Assembly (NCBI GenBank): GCA_963737155.1
Contig: CAVTRN010000002.1
Location: 3,014,662-3,078,661 of the forward strand
Length of the DNA stretch: 64,000 nucleotides
Direction: 5' to 3'
Source of the DNA: Nitrospirota bacterium
GTDB taxonomy: Bacteria; Nitrospirota; UBA9217
Shown here: in pieces, positions 63,999 through 64,000 of the stretch
Numbering within the stretch: the first letter of the stretch is position 1
Layout: every line of letters starts with the position of its first letter
The notes under the pieces: generated by a model
Seen by the model: only the letters and a program-made list of their open reading frames with translations
What the model was told of the DNA's origin: nothing
Databases searched by the model: none
Position numbers and translations under genes: made by a program

Positions 63999-64000
63999 TA

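Noticed and set aside
1-64000. CRISPR array, tRNA/rRNA, prophage or recognisable defence system
   Set aside because: No spaced direct repeats, cloverleafs, or phage/defence genes noticed by eye; a tool-based scan could still find small items

Overview
Bacterial chromosomal window, mostly housekeeping and accessory-metabolism genes. Gene content looks Nitrospirota/Desulfobacterota-like (inference only). In order: holB (cut by the window edge), tmk, a membrane-anchored Rad50/YhaN-like ATPase, a TrpE/PabB-family gene, ybgC, a tRNA methyltransferase, a pterin operon (FAD reductase-phhB-folM-folB-folK-folE), dciA, galT-glgA-GAF kinase-response regulator-rlmD, secA, an M23 peptidase, cutA-lptD-folC, murI-GerMN-amidase, a DinG helicase, prpB-prpC-[ISL3]-prpD, a two-subunit biotin-dependent 2-oxoacid carboxylase, an Ogt-AlkA fusion and trxB. 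Mobile DNA: intact ISL3, IS200-like and IS630 elements plus an IS110 remnant. No rRNA, tRNA or CRISPR was seen. The most notable unexplained signal is a ~315-nt candidate structured non-coding RNA at 5437-5757, with its own promoter, a boxA-like element, paired 5'/3' ends, about eight internal helices, 12 GGA motifs and a U-tract. A second ANGGA-rich non-coding tract lies at ~11990-12345 on the minus strand. All calls come from reading motifs by eye; no database search or folding program was run.
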